Program-made: the position numbers and the translations under genes
Assembly: GCA_012026655.1 (NCBI GenBank)
Contig: JAAILG010000060.1
Coordinates: forward strand, 1-64,000
Source: Hydrolagus affinis
Taxonomy: Eukaryota
DNA length: 64,000 nt
Direction: 5' to 3'
Notes under the pieces: model-generated
Seen by the model: only the letters and a program-made list of their open reading frames with translations
Told to the model about the DNA's origin: nothing
The model's database searches: none
Part shown: positions 12,304 through 25,915 of the stretch, piece by piece
How positions within the stretch are numbered: position 1 is the first letter of the stretch
Layout: every line of letters begins with the position of its first letter

Positions 12304-12729
12304 GTTTGTGTTACTTTTATCATCTGTCTATTCCCGTTTCACTGTCTTTTCTCCACGTGCAACAGTAAACGTATCTACCCATCTCCATTGCAAACACCTC
12401 AGTTGAATCTACATATGGCAAACTGAGATAATGATTTCCACAGTTTCACTACCTTCTGGTGCAAAGACAAGTCATCTGGATTTACATACATTCAGTTTCA
12501 TTCCAATTTTTAGAATATCTCCGACTCATCTCCCTCACTCCCTCCTCCTTCCTCCTCTACCCACCCAACAAACACTGAAGCGACAGTTAAATCCCCCTAC
12601 ATGTCCACTTGGTATAAGCTAACCACAAATCTTACCAATAGGTCTTCATTGCTCTCTGAGATGTACACCTAATGATATACTCTGCATGAGGAGCTGGATG
12701 AAGGTGTGAATTGTCATACTTGCACCAAT

Positions 12730-13140
12730 TACTTGCTGTTTATGGCAGTGAAATTGATTGCAGCACTCACCTTCTATTCCAACAGTACCTTTCAGATCTG
12801 AAATCCTCAGCCAGTCAGCAGTGTCAAAAGCCATTTCTCAAATCATAGTTGATGTCCTGTAATGTCAGCTCCCCAGCATGCCTGCAGTAAGCTTACATGG
12901 AAGTTAACAGGCATTCCTTGCCACTGTGGCATTGCCCATATGCTGGGTGCTATCCATTGTACTTGCGTGTCTGTCCATGCACCTGCAGAGAATGCCCGCG
13001 TGCATCTTAACAGGAAAGGTTTCCATTCTGTCACTGTGCAGGTGTTGTATGCTACCAGGAACATTATTACAGATGTATGTGCTAGTTCCCCTGGCAGTTA
13101 TGATGACTCTTTTACCCTTGCCAATCCTAGACTAGTCAGC
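12730..13140 (+). pseudogene. PIF/Harbinger transposase fossil (HARBI1/DDE_Tnp_4-like fragment)
   Basis: Translated pieces AVKLIAALTFYSNSTFQ and SQSAVSKAISQII (HTH region) and GIAHMLGAIHCTCVSVHAP...LNRKGFHSVTVQV...DVCASSPGSYDDSFTL match Harbinger motifs GAIDCTH, NRKGxHS and PGSxHD. The sequence has indels and the first catalytic Asp is replaced by His. Confidence 0.85.
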
Positions 13141-14594
13141 AGATGTACGTGAAGAAGAGTAAATGATACTGGCAGCCGGATGAAGTATTAACCTGGAGAT
13201 GTGTGTGGTCAGTGTTAGAATATAAGAACCCACAAACCAAAAATACAAGTTAGTACATCAAGCTTATTCCCAATTTATATCCATGACTTGTTCAGATTAT
13301 TTGAATCCTGTTTGACCTCCCCTTTATGTAAACACTGTGTGTTTAGGAATATTGGAAAACAGAATACGGGAATGTAGGAACACCTTTGCTGGACTTTGCC
13401 AACGGCTAGAATAAGCTTCCTAAGCTATTACTAGACTTAGAGGATGCTCAAACTGAACACAGAACTCCAAATAACATTTTGAATATGGAATCCCTGTATT
13501 CCCCTTAAATGCTACAATCAGATATATATACAACGAGCCAGATGTGAAGAATTCCTCCCCAGGCTACATTTAGCTCCCAGCTTCCTCATGGACTAATGGT
13601 CAACAAGTGGAAGCTGCTATAGATGGGTAATGTGCCACGTTTATTATCTGCGATACACTCAGAAACACAGCCTACAACAATTATTTAATTGAGAGAATTT
13701 ATGCAAACTTGCTATTCAGATAATCCTTACAATATACACTACGTACCCAGTGTAAATTATCCAGGGATTTGCGGGCTAGATATTCTAATATGCCAGAGAA
13801 GCCCAAGTACTAGTTACCAGGGCCAGGTGAGGTTGTTGTGCTTGGTGTTCCTCTCCTCCTTCTTCTGTTCAATTGCCCTTACCTGTTGGCTCAGCCTTAT
13901 ACTGAGTTTATCTTGCAATCATATCACTAACAGCACTGTAGTAAACTAAGCAAGCTGGTGTGAAAACTGCCACGTACGATTGTATTGGTTTGTTTTGGGG
14001 ATCAGCTGCTCACATTTATACAGTGATATTTGTCGTGCTGTGCAAATGGTGATGATTCACTATCAGAACACAGGAGAAACATATGTGTAGCACAATGCAA
14101 AGAGGAACTATGAATATTTTGCTGGGTATTGCAACTCGAACAGTAGGAGAGCAGTGAAGATGATTACTGGCGACCTGTCAATGGCTGACAGTGACTGATT
14201 ACTCACAAGGGTGACCACACTGGAGGGCTGGGAGAGGAGAGGGGCATTTCTAATACTGTGGTCCAAAGTGTGATTGGCCACAACTGGTACATGTTCACAC
14301 ATTGGAGTGTGGTTGATTCTGTGTACATGTGAACAAACTCACGTACCTTGTATTTCACGCGGAGACAAACGCTGCTCACGGACACATGGTGCTTTGAAAC
14401 ACTAAGACTGAGCACAGAGTAGGGATCGGATGTCATTGGTGAAGAACAGGAGTTTTGGAAGAAGAATTCCACAATGTGCAAGAATAATCTACTTAAGCCT
14501 TCAATTACTTTAGTTACACAATAGCTTGTTATTGTGTACTGTATATATATAATAGTATCGGTGTTTCACACAAAACCTGAAACAAATTATTTCA

Positions 14595-14740
14595 TCCCCT
14601 CTTCTCTCCATAAGACTGTGATACATGCTGGACTATTGTTGCACCCTCTGTCACCAGTCACCCTCTGCTCTCTTTAGTCAAATGGCCATTTCCATCTGTG
14701 AGTGCCAGAAACCCTACATTGACAAGCCAAAGGGAAGATA
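14595..14740 (-). mobile_element. LF-SINE-like 3' fragment
   Basis: CCCCTCTTCTCTCC...CATGCTGG...CACCCTCTG...CAAATGGCCATTTCC..TGTGAG resembles the antisense 3' end of the same ancient SINE family. Confidence 0.4.
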
Positions 14741-16284
14741 AACTCTGAACTTCACCAGCTGATTCCTTGTGAACTGTGGTAGGAAAAGGACCTTAGCACA
14801 CAAAAAATGATAAGCTGTTTCAGTGGGGTTAATGATAGCCATTTGAGCATCAAGTACTGTACTTTCTTTAGCATGTCCTTATTTTGAGTGCTTAATGCAT
14901 TTGAAACATACATGCATCCATTACGGCATTTGTACACAGCAGGAAAGTAGTCAAAATGTGCCACGAGATGATTCTAAACTGCAAGACTGCATATGTGCTG
15001 TGTAACTTTGTCATTCTTTTGTCATCCAGCCCTCTGACATTTAAATTATTTGTAAGGCATAATTATCATGAAATGAAAGGGGAATCATTTTTGGGGGGAA
15101 GACTTTGGAAGGTGACATTTGTGATGGACATATGTGAAGGGATGATATGGCTTTAAATTACTGACTGTAACATGCACAAGTTTCATGTCAGCGTTGGCAC
15201 ATGTGGTGCTCACCAGTCAGAAGTGTTTTGCTTGAGTTGGTCGTTTCCGTGAGGAGGAGGCTGCCACACCAGGGCAAACCAAATAGGACTGAAACCTTGA
15301 AACTCATAAATCAGCCTTCGGTCTCTGGATAATTCTGAGAGTTAAAGGAGGATGAGTTTCAATTAGACAGGCTTACCCATCCAAATCAGTTTTCATAATA
15401 TATTATTTAAATCCATAAAGAAACTGTCAAAGGAAGGCACAGCAGCTAGTGAAATTTACATACACACGAGAGAAAAGGTTGAGTTCTTGAGTGGCATACA
15501 GTACAATACCACTGGCACACTGTTAACAATTTCAAGAGAAAAGCCAGGAAAGTGATCGCTCTCTGTATACGGAGTTTATTTGCAACAGATTGTGTGCCGC
15601 TTGGCAAAATCAGCAGTCAGCTGTGTAAGATGCTAAAAGCTTCAGCCCTCTATCAGTATATGTTCACTGTAGCACTCGAAAGAGTTGACCTAATTTCTCC
15701 TTTAAAATATACAAAATTGGATCACTGAAATGCATAGTCTAACTATTATTTGAAATTCACTTTCACCTCCTGTTTTGCTTATAATAATCACATGCACATT
15801 CTAAATATGACTTCTGAAATGTTTGAAGAAATGTCAGAGCAATGTTACACATTAAAATGGAGGAAAGGGTTACATGGATTATGCAAGATTGTCAATTATT
15901 GAACACAATGAGAGGTTTATGAGACTGATCATGTTCTTGATAGATCAATATAATGTACCAGAGCGTTATATTGCTGAAGTGTACAGCTAAACAAAACGAG
16001 TTTCTCTTCAGCTCAAGTCACATGATGTCACATCATTTTACACAAATAATATGAGTCAGTTGCAGGAACCTGCTCTCCACTACAGTGCCCTACCAAAAAC
16101 CGGATCCAGAGTGGAATAAAATAATCTGAGTATGTTGGATAGAAAAGAGCTCAAGTGTGTAACAAGAACACAACACATCTTGGCATTAATTGATGCTGAT
16201 AAGCCACTCAGCTTTCTACTTGAAGCTTGAGATACTTAAATGCTTGATGTGTTACTGTTTTGAAACACACTACAGCTTACGTGT

Positions 16285-16612
16285 TGTCCCCTCTCATTGC
16301 CACTAATGCTACCTTTCGCTCCTCCAGTTCAGGTCTCCTCCTTGTCCCCCGAAACCTCCGCTCAACCATCAGTGGCCGTGCCTTCAGTCACTATGCCCCG
16401 AAGCTCTGGAACACCCTTCCTCACTTCCTTCGCCTAGCTCCCTCTCTTCCCAGTTTCAGGTCTCGGCTAAAGACCTTTCTGCTCGACCGCGCCTTCAGTC
16501 ACCTTTTCCCCCTTCCCCTGACTCGGGCCTGGGATCTGTTATTGTGAAGCGCTCTGAGACGCCGTCCGGTGTGGAGGGTGCAAAATAAATCAAAGTTGTT
16601 GTTGTTGTTGTT
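16285..16612 (+). mobile_element. L2 LINE 3' end, young, with (GTT)n tail
   Basis: ORF ...RSSSSGLLLVPRNLRSTISGRAFSHYAPKLWNTLP...FRSRLKTFL (L2 ORF2 C-terminus); 3' UTR GTGAAGCGCTCTGAGACGCCGTCCGGTGTGGAGGG; (GTT)6. Confidence 0.9.
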
Positions 16613-17016
16613 ACCCCTTTGCATACTTCATCATTATTAATTGATGTTGTCCTGTGGATTATACTTATTCCTACAGAAGCCTGATCATCCTTATAGAATC
16701 ACTTTAGTATGGATTGAATTGACTGAGAAATAATAACGCTGAGCTCACTTCAACATCTTACTGGCTAAATAGTAAGACACAGTGTGCCGTGAATGCCACT
16801 GTTCCTCAAATGCAACACAGGCCTTTCCTGTGCAACCCCCCACCCCTTCCCCTGTATCTCTTTTTTGTTTGAATTAAGATGAGTTAGCAAAACTGTGGAT
16901 ACAATTAAAACATTTCCATGTTCTATTTTTTGTGCCTACTCACTTGTGAATACAGAAAAGTAGTGATCCAAGGTTAAGCATAACATTTATTTTACTCATA
17001 AATTGCAATTACTTTT

Positions 17017-17340
17017 TGTCAGTTGGTAGTACTTTCACCTCTTGAGCGGAAAAACTGTGTTCACATCCCACATAGAGATTTTGAAATCACAGCTGTTGCT
17101 GCATGGCAATACTATCATTCTGATAGACATTAACCAAAAGTTCTGTCAACCTGTTCAGATGGACAATAAACATCAGAGTATTCTGCCAACAAACCCTTGC
17201 GCATGCAGGGGCTAGTTGTGGGACATTGTTTTATACAATTGGCTGTGCTGTTTGCCTACAAATACACAGTCACTACACTTTATAGTGTGTCTTTGAGACA
17301 CTTGATGATGTGATAAAGTGCTAAATCAAATGAAAAATTG
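17017..17340 (+). mobile_element. Deu-domain SINE, degraded
   Basis: GTCAGTTGGTAGTACTTTCACCTCT (head) ... TGTGGGACATTG...CAATTGGCTG...ACACAGTCACTACACTTTA...TGTGATAAAGTGCT. Confidence 0.65.
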
Positions 17341-18719
17341 TTATTTCTTTTACTTTACCTTGATCTTTGTTGCAGTTTTGATTTATCTTTTGGTTTCCTA
17401 TCAATCTGACTTTTTGTTCCACATGTGCATTTATTTATTCTTTCTTTTTCGATCTCATGAATGTTCAGATTTGTTCTTTTGCCTCAATATTCCACATCCT
17501 TTTGCTTCGATCTCCAATTTAATTTAATTCTACACCCTGCAGGTAATTGGGAATTTTGCTCCCTGCTTAGTCTTGGTACAGTGCCCAGAGCACATGTTGC
17601 TGAATTTCTGCTATTTCCATTTTATAATTCACCAGTTCCTGGGGACACATTTTGGACTGTTGGGTGTGTGCTGCTGTTTTCAAGATGACAGTGTAATGTG
17701 CTACAATTCTGGGGCTATATTTTTGTAAAGATCTTAAAATAATAATAATATCCTTACAATTACAATCTCAAAGCATTACATAGAATATACTGGCAAATAT
17801 AGGCGAATGTAGCAGTCCATTTGCGCAAAGCAATATCTCACAGACACAAGTGAAATACAGAAACCTCTGTAGAGGTTGGTGTATTTCTATTTCCAGTGTA
17901 CATTAAGCATGTCTAAATTATTGATTGAAATATTTAGGCACAGAAGAAGCGAGGCTTTTCTTGGTGTCAGTAATGTATACTTTCCATAGGCCTGGCTGAC
18001 AGGTTTTACACTCTATTGCAGTGGTATGTTGCCTTCAGTCCCACTGGGTAGATGGGTGACTTGTGAGGTTTACATCTGCTTGAAGACTACATCTCTTACA
18101 GTACCCTGGCAGAACTTACTGCTGACTATACCACTACTGCATGCAATTCAAATTTTTTTATGTCCAGAGCAAAATCATTTCTAGTTTCTTGGCAGATTTA
18201 ATATGAAAATTGTTTAGTAAGCAAGATTTTTCTTTCACACAAGCCTGAACAAGCTCACTCTTCCTTCTAACAGAGTTACTTATTTACTCTCACATTTCAT
18301 ACAAGGTGATGGGAAACCATATCACAACAGGAAATTGTATCATTTATATTACAAGAAGCAACTAATTGTGAAATTATTCTTCAAGTGTCAAAACAGTGGG
18401 TGCAGCGACACATTAGATTTTCAGGGCAGACTTACAACTTGGCGACATTGCCGGGTGATTATAAAGCAGAAAAATATGAATTTCAGCAAAATGTGCATCT
18501 GGAAAGTGAAGTCTTTTGGGCTGAAATTCTGGCCGGTGTTCAGAGCAGTACCTTTGGCAATGCACACTTGTGATGGGAAAATCCCATTGAGGGCCATAAT
18601 TGTAAAATATGGCGGTAGTAAAATATTAAGGGGAATGCACAATAAATAAATTAAGTTTTGAGGTTGTTCAGTAAATTAATTGTATTAAAGTTTGTGTTGT
18701 AAATTTATTCATTTCAATA

Positions 18720-18780
18720 CTGTAATGGGACCAGTGAACTGAAGGGTTTTCTTCATCCAAACCTTCCTTGTGATCTTGTG
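18720..18780 (+). mobile_element. CR1-like 3' tail fragment
   Basis: CTGAAGGGTTTTCTTCATCCAAACCTTCCTTGTGATCTTGTG; same motif as at 3436 and 7080. Confidence 0.5.
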
Positions 18781-20097
18781 AAAGTGATATTTCAACTACA
18801 GGTTACTCAATATGTTTCTTTGCACAGAATCTGTGCAATTCTCTCTTCGTCTCTTTGCCCCTATTTAACTGTTCCCTTCCTCTGTTTATTTTGTCTGTTC
18901 ATCATTGTACTACATTGAAATGCATGTGTTTAGAATTATAATTCCATGGTTCTGAAGTGCATTTCATGAAAGTTGCATTTCTGTCATTTTTCTTACCAGT
19001 GGAGTATATAAGATTTCTCTTGGAAGAAGTTTGGCAAACTGTTTTGAGGGTATGTCAGATACATGTGCCATTGCCTTTGAGGTGACAATATACACAGTGA
19101 CTTGAGGAAAGAGAGAAAGCAAAGAGAATATTTCACCAATTACTTTATTATGGAGGTGTTGTTCCTTTGATTATTTCCAAAATTTTTTCTTAACTGTATT
19201 CTATGCAACAAAATCAAGTATGCAGTAGCCAAAGTGATCCATTTGACACGAATGTCTCTCTGATTCGGAGCACTTCCCACAGCAGCTTAGGTTGCTTTGG
19301 GACTTGAAAGCATTGAGATTCCTTGACTGTTATAGGAACAAGGCAATTTGACACTGCTGTGAACCTTTTTATTGTAAATTTCCTCGGCCCCCACCCACCT
19401 CCACCATCAAACATCCTCTCTGACATTACACTGTGTAAAGCTGAGTTAGGTACTGGTGTAATTTCACCTGTGAATGACACTTTAAAAGCCCTGCTGACAT
19501 TCCTGCTGCTTTTAACCAGCCACCTTGGCGCATCTTTCTGCTTTTGATTGGCAACAAGCTATTAAAAGCACATTGCTCATAGTTACCGAGTGTTATACAT
19601 TACTTTCTGGCTAACAAGATGCACCTCACCCCATGCTGTAGGCTCTGGCAAACATGGATTATGTCGAGGGAAATATACAGTACCACCTGGCACTGGAGTC
19701 TGTTCAAAAAAGCACATTTGTTGCATCTCTGCTAGCTTTATGAAAGTACTGCATATTGTGGCAGGAATTATGAAAAACAAGAACATTAAATAACACAACG
19801 TTTGTTTGATTGGAGCAATATTGTGTAGAATAGTTCTGAATTCCCACAAATGCTCACAAGTCTGTTAGGTTGGTTCTGGAGATGGAACAGGTTAACTGTG
19901 TGCCTCAGAAACATCAGCCATTCATTGGAAGATCTGCATTTTTCCACTGCTTCTGATTGGAGTCAAACAGCTTCAGCTGCCACAGACTTCATGATTTATA
20001 AATACCTGGGTTGTTTGGGCTTAGCTGGGACTTTGTTTCCCAGCAGTTAGTAAAAGAGGCAGTTGTTGGAGCAGAGGATCCCAAGCTGTACTGAGCT

Positions 20098-20152
20098 CAA
20101 CAACAACAACTTCAATTTATGTAGCGCCCTCCACGCCGCACAGTGTCTCAGA
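20098..20152 (-). mobile_element. L2 3' terminus only
   Basis: (CAA)4 CTTCAATTTATGTAGCGCCCTCCACGCC...TCTCAGA. Confidence 0.75.
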
Positions 20153-20831
20153 ACTCGAATCGATCAGAGAAATAAGATAGAGACGGCAGCACAACTGAAA
20201 GAGGTGAGAATTAAAATGCGGTTTCTAAATGATGAGAGGCCTGAAAGTATACCAGTACCCAACTCAGTGTTTAACTGAGAAAAGTTGATGCTACTATTTT
20301 GTGATATTAAAAGGCAGATGTTCTGTGGATTGTTGCATCATGACTCACTTCACTGAGTTCTGCTATTGTATACTGCTGGGCTCAGTAACTCCTCATAGCC
20401 ACTCACTGCTAAAATAAAGCCATTATCAAAAACAGTGAACAAAAAGGATAGAAAATTAATTACGCCCTTTCTCATCTGTTCATAGTGATAGCTGTTTAGG
20501 ATATATTGTTGATTATTGTCTAATGTGCCCAGTCACCAGTCTACTCTGAGACTAAGGTTTAGTTGCTATGTATAAGTACATATATATAACAACCCAGAAA
20601 CAGTATTGAGCCCGTCATGTGGAAATTAAACATTCAACACAGCAAATATGGATATAAGTGCATCCAAAGATATCTGTAATATTTACCTTACAGTGCTGGA
20701 TATGGACTTTGTAATGTAAAATTCACAACCACAACAACAACTTGCTCCTCATGCAGTGCGTTATCCCAGTGGTGGAGTACAACTCTGAACTGGGGGAAAG
20801 GAGGGGCGATTGGAAGCGTGGTCAAATAATG

Positions 20832-21082
20832 ATTATAATCATAATAATCCTTGCATTTAATATAGCTCTTTTCATGTCTTCTCGACATCTCAAAGCACTT
20901 CACGGAATATACTGCAAAGTAAATTGACAGTATATTTGTGGGTGAAATGCGGCGGCCAATTGTGCACAGCACACAAATAGGAAAGTCTTCAGGCATGACC
21001 TGAAATGGAGAAGGAAGGGGCAAAGTGGAGAGAAGGAGGAATAGTGTTCCAGAGTTGGAGATTGTAGTGGCTGACAGCGGTG
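20832..21082 (-). mobile_element. Young SINE 3' part joined to an L2 fragment
   Basis: ATAATAATCCTTGCATTTAATATAGC...GCGGCCAATTGTGCACAG, then AGGAAAGTCTTCAGG...TTCCAGAGTTGGAG..TAGTGGCTGA (antisense L2 C-terminal region). Confidence 0.7.
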
Positions 21083-21509
21083 CTCGTCATCTGCATTGTG
21101 CCACAAGTTTTGCGGTACTGCAAAAATGGATCTCATCTTCAGAGTACAGTCTTTCAAATTTTCTACACTAGTTGCAGAAAGTCTGCATTGTACATTTTAT
21201 GAAAATTGTATGAAAGTTAGATTTAATTTTTGAGCAGAATATTGAAGTTCTAAGAGGTTTATTGAGGTTCTAAGATGGATAATGGAGTTCTGAAAGAAAG
21301 ATTGAAAGGTGAATTAAAGAAATACACAAAAGCAAAGATTGGATATTCATTCACCAATTTCTCTAAGTAACCAGTATTCTGTTTGATTTGGAAGTTTGGG
21401 TGCAGTAATGCCTCTGTGGTTCTGAAATATTAAGTGGAAACCCAACTGATGTTAACTGGTACCTTTGTCATTCGAAGTGTTAGAATACCCGAGGAGTAAC
21501 CCGTAATGA

Positions 21510-23211
21510 TGTGGTCCACTACCCACCCATTACCTCTCCTTCAGGATCCACCTCCCCACTCATTCCCCATTACAGACTTTTGACCCTATCTCTCCCTCCG
21601 CCCTCTCTGCTCGCATCTGGAAAATGAAACCCAGCATCTGCTCCCTCAATCCCATTACCACCTCTCTCCTCATCTCCCAGCTCCACCTCTTTGCCAGCTC
21701 CACCTCCTTGCCACCCCCACCATTCCTAAAGGACATCATCAACTTCTACCTATCCACTGGCACTGTTCCCACCCCTCTAAAAACAGCTGTCATCACCCCA
21801 TTCTGAAAAAACCTTCTCTGGACCCATCACTTCTCTCCAGCTACTGCCCTTCACCAACCTCTTATTTCTCTCTTAGGCCCTAGAAGGAGTTGTTGTGTCC
21901 CAGCTCCGCCCCTTTCTCTTTCACTATTCCCTCTTTGAATCCCTACAGTCTGGTTTCTGTGCTGCCCAAGGCCTCTCTGCTGCCGTCGACACTGTTGATC
22001 ACTCCATCCTTGTACACTGCCTCTCCTCCCAGCTCAATCTTCATAGATCTGCCCTCACCTGCTTTGACTCTTACCTTTCTCACCATCTCTGCTTTGTTGC
22101 CACCAATGGCTTCTCCTCTAGCCCCTGCACTGTCACCTATGGCAGCCCCCAGGGCTCTGTCCTTGGCCTGCTACTTTTCAATATCTAAATGCTCCCCCTA
22201 GATGACATCATCTGCAGACACATGGTCAACTTTCACATGTATGCGGATGATGCCCAACTCTATACCCTCGATTCCAGGACCACTACTATCCTGACAGACT
22301 GTCAGACCAAGTCCTGGATGAGAGCAAGCTTTTTGTAGTTGAACGTCAACAAGACCAAGGCCGTCTTGATTGGAGCCTTCATATATCAGGCAGAGCCTTC
22401 ATATATCAGGCCGTGGCAGCATCAACGTCCATGGTTACACCCTCCACCTCACCAAATCAGTCAGGAACTTAGGTGTCTTGTTCAATCCTCAACTGTCTTT
22501 CCTCCCCCATATCCAAGCCATGATCTGCACTGCCTTCCTTCACCTCCGCAATATTGCATGACTCCACCACTACCTCACCCCTCAGATCGCTGAAACCCTC
22601 ATTCATGCCTTCATCACATCCAGGCTCAACTACTCCAATGCCCTGATTGTTGGCCTTCCCAATTCAACCCTCCACAGGCTGCAGATCATCCAGAACTCTG
22701 TAGCCTGTGTCTTCCACCGCTCCAAGCTCTGTGATCCCATCTTCCCCATTCTCACCCAACTCCATTGGTCCCCATCACCCAGAGGATTCAATTCAAGGTC
22801 CTGGTCCTCACCTTCAAAGCCCTCCATGACCTTGCCCCACCCTACCTTTGCGACCTCCCAAACCCCTACCAACCTGCCTGCTCCCTCCACTCAGTGAGCT
22901 CTGGCTTGCTCCATGTTCCATGACCCATCTGCACCACAATTGGTGGGTGAGCCATCAGCCACTCTGCCCCTAATTTCTGGAATTCCATCCCGCAGTCCCT
23001 CCACCTCACCACCTCCCTGGCCTCTTCAAGTCCCACCTCAAGACCCTCCTTTTAAGGTGTTTGATGGTCTCATCAGACACCTTAAATCCCCTCCTTTTCC
23101 TCCATCCTCCCCGATCCCGACCCAACTCAGATCTGAAATACTGACTGCCCAGCGCCTTGGGACGTGCTCCCAATGTGAAATGTGCTACACAAATGTAATT
23201 TTGTTGTTGTT
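21510..23211 (+). mobile_element. L2 LINE, about 1.7 kb 5'-truncated RT-bearing copy (dead)
   Basis: RT motifs across frames: KTAVITP, FESLQSGF, DTVDHSIL, YGSPQGSVLGLLLFNI, HMYADDAQLY (about 22233-22263), LNVNKTK and VRNLGVLF. Also LHW/RIQFK-like C-terminal region, 3' UTR and (TTG)n tail. Carries many stops, frameshifts and internal deletions. Confidence 0.95.
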
Positions 23212-23789
23212 CATCACTGTTCATGTTTACGAGTCAATTTTAACGTTGTAAATGGGAATAAATAAGATTATTTCCAATTGCAGAGATTTTTGCTCATCTG
23301 TCAAAATTCACATAATCAGCAATATTTTGCAGATCTGCTGACTGCTGCCAACAGGTAAATGGAACAGATTACTATTTCTGCACAGTAAATTAAACGTTGC
23401 TGATTCAATAGTTCCACTTCACGGAAAACTGAATTACGGAAAATTCAAACTCAACAACAATAATCGCTTGCTCCTATTTAAAAAGTACTTTTTGTACAAA
23501 ATAGATGTCTCAAAGTGCTTTGCAAAGATCACGAGCAATTTTCTTTTTGGTCAACAGGGTGTCTGACACAAGTGGAAACCCATTACTATGCTTAAAAGTA
23601 TCCAAACCAAGCTGAGAATTCCATATATGCCACCAACACATGGAAATCCCAGAGGTGGATTGTTGGAATGGATTGTGCACTCTCTCCATGCAGGGCCACA
23701 TCCTGCTTGCCCAATTACAGAAAGTATTGGGTGCAGGTTGGTAAGAGCCAAGGCTTGGGGACCTCATGGTGTGCATTGGGTTATTGCTG

Positions 23790-24030
23790 GAGTGTTACCA
23801 GCTAAAACTGCATAGCTTGCCATTGATATCACTGTCTGGCAGGCTTTCCCGCTACTTGTCCAGCTAGGACCATCCTACCCGTGAGGGCTTTGGCTTCCAG
23901 GATTAACAGAGCTTGAGTGGGATGATTCCCTGCCCCAGTAACTGATCTGCCCTTCCATGTCCTGCCGATGAGTTATGATGAGCAGTCCCCCAAAGTATTG
24001 CAGACCAGTCTGGCTCTGAAATTGGGCCAC
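23790..24030. repeat. Unassigned ancient interspersed repeat, copy A
   Basis: Colinear with 42340-42545 and shares an exact 26-nt core, CTTGTCCAGCTAGGACCATCCTACCC. Confidence 0.6.
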
Positions 24031-24521
24031 TGAGAATACCAGAGGATTGATTTAAATCGAACATTCTGTTGCCAAGCATATCACCTTGGAGCCAGTTAAT
24101 TCCCCTACCACATGGTTCTTACTTTTTCTTATCCACACTGTAAATTGGCAGATGATGGCATCCCTCGCTTTTCTAAAGAGGATATTCCATCCCACAATAG
24201 TTTTGACCAGACGACACTGAGTTTATCATGACTTAAAGGAAACTCGTCAATCTGGCATCTGTCAGATATCTTGTTCTCCTTGCCCATATAAAGGTCACAC
24301 TAGTATTAGGAGTTAAGAGTATGCCTAGGGCTTTGTTCTTTCAGATAAACACTGGCTGCAATGTCCAGTGATCCACATCACATTGCGCAGTACATTTGAC
24401 AGATTCTTTCGGTGGGTCTGATTGCCTGATTTCTAGGTCAGTGCAGCAATGCAAATATGTGTCTTTTTATCCAACTGTCCAATAATGAGGACATGTTTTC
24501 AAAATTAATACAGGTGTCATT

Positions 24522-24578
24522 GTTTGACTATACTGTACAGATGGTTATGTAATCACATAACCATCTGTATAGTCAAAC
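24522..24578. repeat. Inverted repeat/hairpin (15 bp + 9 bp stem, 4-nt loop, 5-nt bulge)
   Basis: GTTTGACTA-[TACTG]-TACAGATGGTTATGT-AATC-ACATAACCATCTGTA-TAGTCAAAC. Confidence 0.85.
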
Positions 24579-25695
24579 GTCTGAAATAATCTCCTCGTTT
24601 TACATTTGTCTAAAGATCTAGGATCATTTGCCCATTTTGTTCCTCCTGGCAGATGGAACATTGTAGGAGAATAACTTCAGCAGACGAGACACTGGATTCA
24701 TCCAAAAATCAACTTGATCTTGATGCTCTCATAGGAAAGCAAATGGGATGTTACTCTGAAGGTAGGAGAATAAAGTTTCTCTTGGAAGATCTTTTGACAG
24801 ATTCCCATCAAAGTTAAACCCATTCTCTCTGAGATCACCTCTACTTTGTATGACATCAAGCCCTCATATTTTTCAGATGGCAACAGCTTTTAAAATTATA
24901 ATCTGAGCCTAGTCTAAACTGTGTGTGTGTTTCGAAAATGATATAGGATTAAGTCAGAACTATTCAGATAATAAATGGTTTTAGTAATAAACGATAAATA
25001 AGCTTTTCTATTTCTGTAATTTCCTGGAGCTGATATTGAAACAAGGGAATCACCAGGACTCCCTGTAACCCAAGGAAGATGTCAAGACACAAGAGGTCAA
25101 TGATCATTACGTACATTACAATAGTTTGGTCAGTTGCAGGTGAAGTTCACCTCTTCTCGTTAATGTCAGCTGTTGGGAATCAGTTTTACTCTGACCCGTG
25201 CTGTCTTTAGAGTCAGAGCTGCCTCTGAGTATTCTGGTGGCAAAAGGCTGGGCTTGCAATTTTGCTAACTCCTTCCCAGACCCAGCAAAAAGGAGGGTTA
25301 AATTGCAGGGTGGATTTCAGGCCCTGCAAAAGCTCTCCCCACTACGCAAATTACAGGGAGGTGAGATACAATCTTATCTTTTATTACTGTGTATTTCTGG
25401 TTGGTTGGATGTTGCCTCTGGCCTTTTTTTTATATTGAAGTGAAGTAACTCTAAGCTGTAGGAGATGGATTGTTACAACCTGATTTAGGAACTGATGTGA
25501 TTATCCTGCAAGTGTTTTGTTTTCCATTATAAGTAGCGTTTTGGAAGTTCTTCATCACCATTGAGTTACTGTGATACAAGTATTGTGGGACCGGGACAGA
25601 CAATATCTTCCTTTAAATGATTGTCTTCAGGTTCAATCATTACCCGCACCCCCAGAAAATACCAGAAACCTTCATCACAATGCAGTTTTTTCACA

Positions 25696-25915
25696 TAATA
25701 ATAAAATAATTATCCTAGCATTTGACATAATACTTTGCATGTTAGGAAGATGCCTCAAAGTGCTTCACAGGATATACTGTAAATAATAATAATCCTTGCA
25801 TTTAATATCGCGCTTTTCACGTTTTCTAGACGTCTCAAAGTGCTTCACAGAATATACCGTAAAGTGTATTGACTGAATATTTTGTGGGTGAAACGAGTTG
25901 GCCAATTGCACACAA
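25696..25915 (-). mobile_element. Two tandem SINE 3' fragments
   Basis: Two consecutive antisense tails: ATAAT..TCCTAGCATTTG...CTCAAAGTGCTTCACAG, and AATAATAATCCTTGCATTT...GACGTCTCAAAGTGCTTCACAG...GCCAATTGCACAC. Confidence 0.8.

Noticed and set aside
14203-14481. Minus-strand ORF with an AAG|GTACGT donor-like site near 14347
   Set aside because: No recognisable product or matching acceptor; cannot be supported without transcript data.
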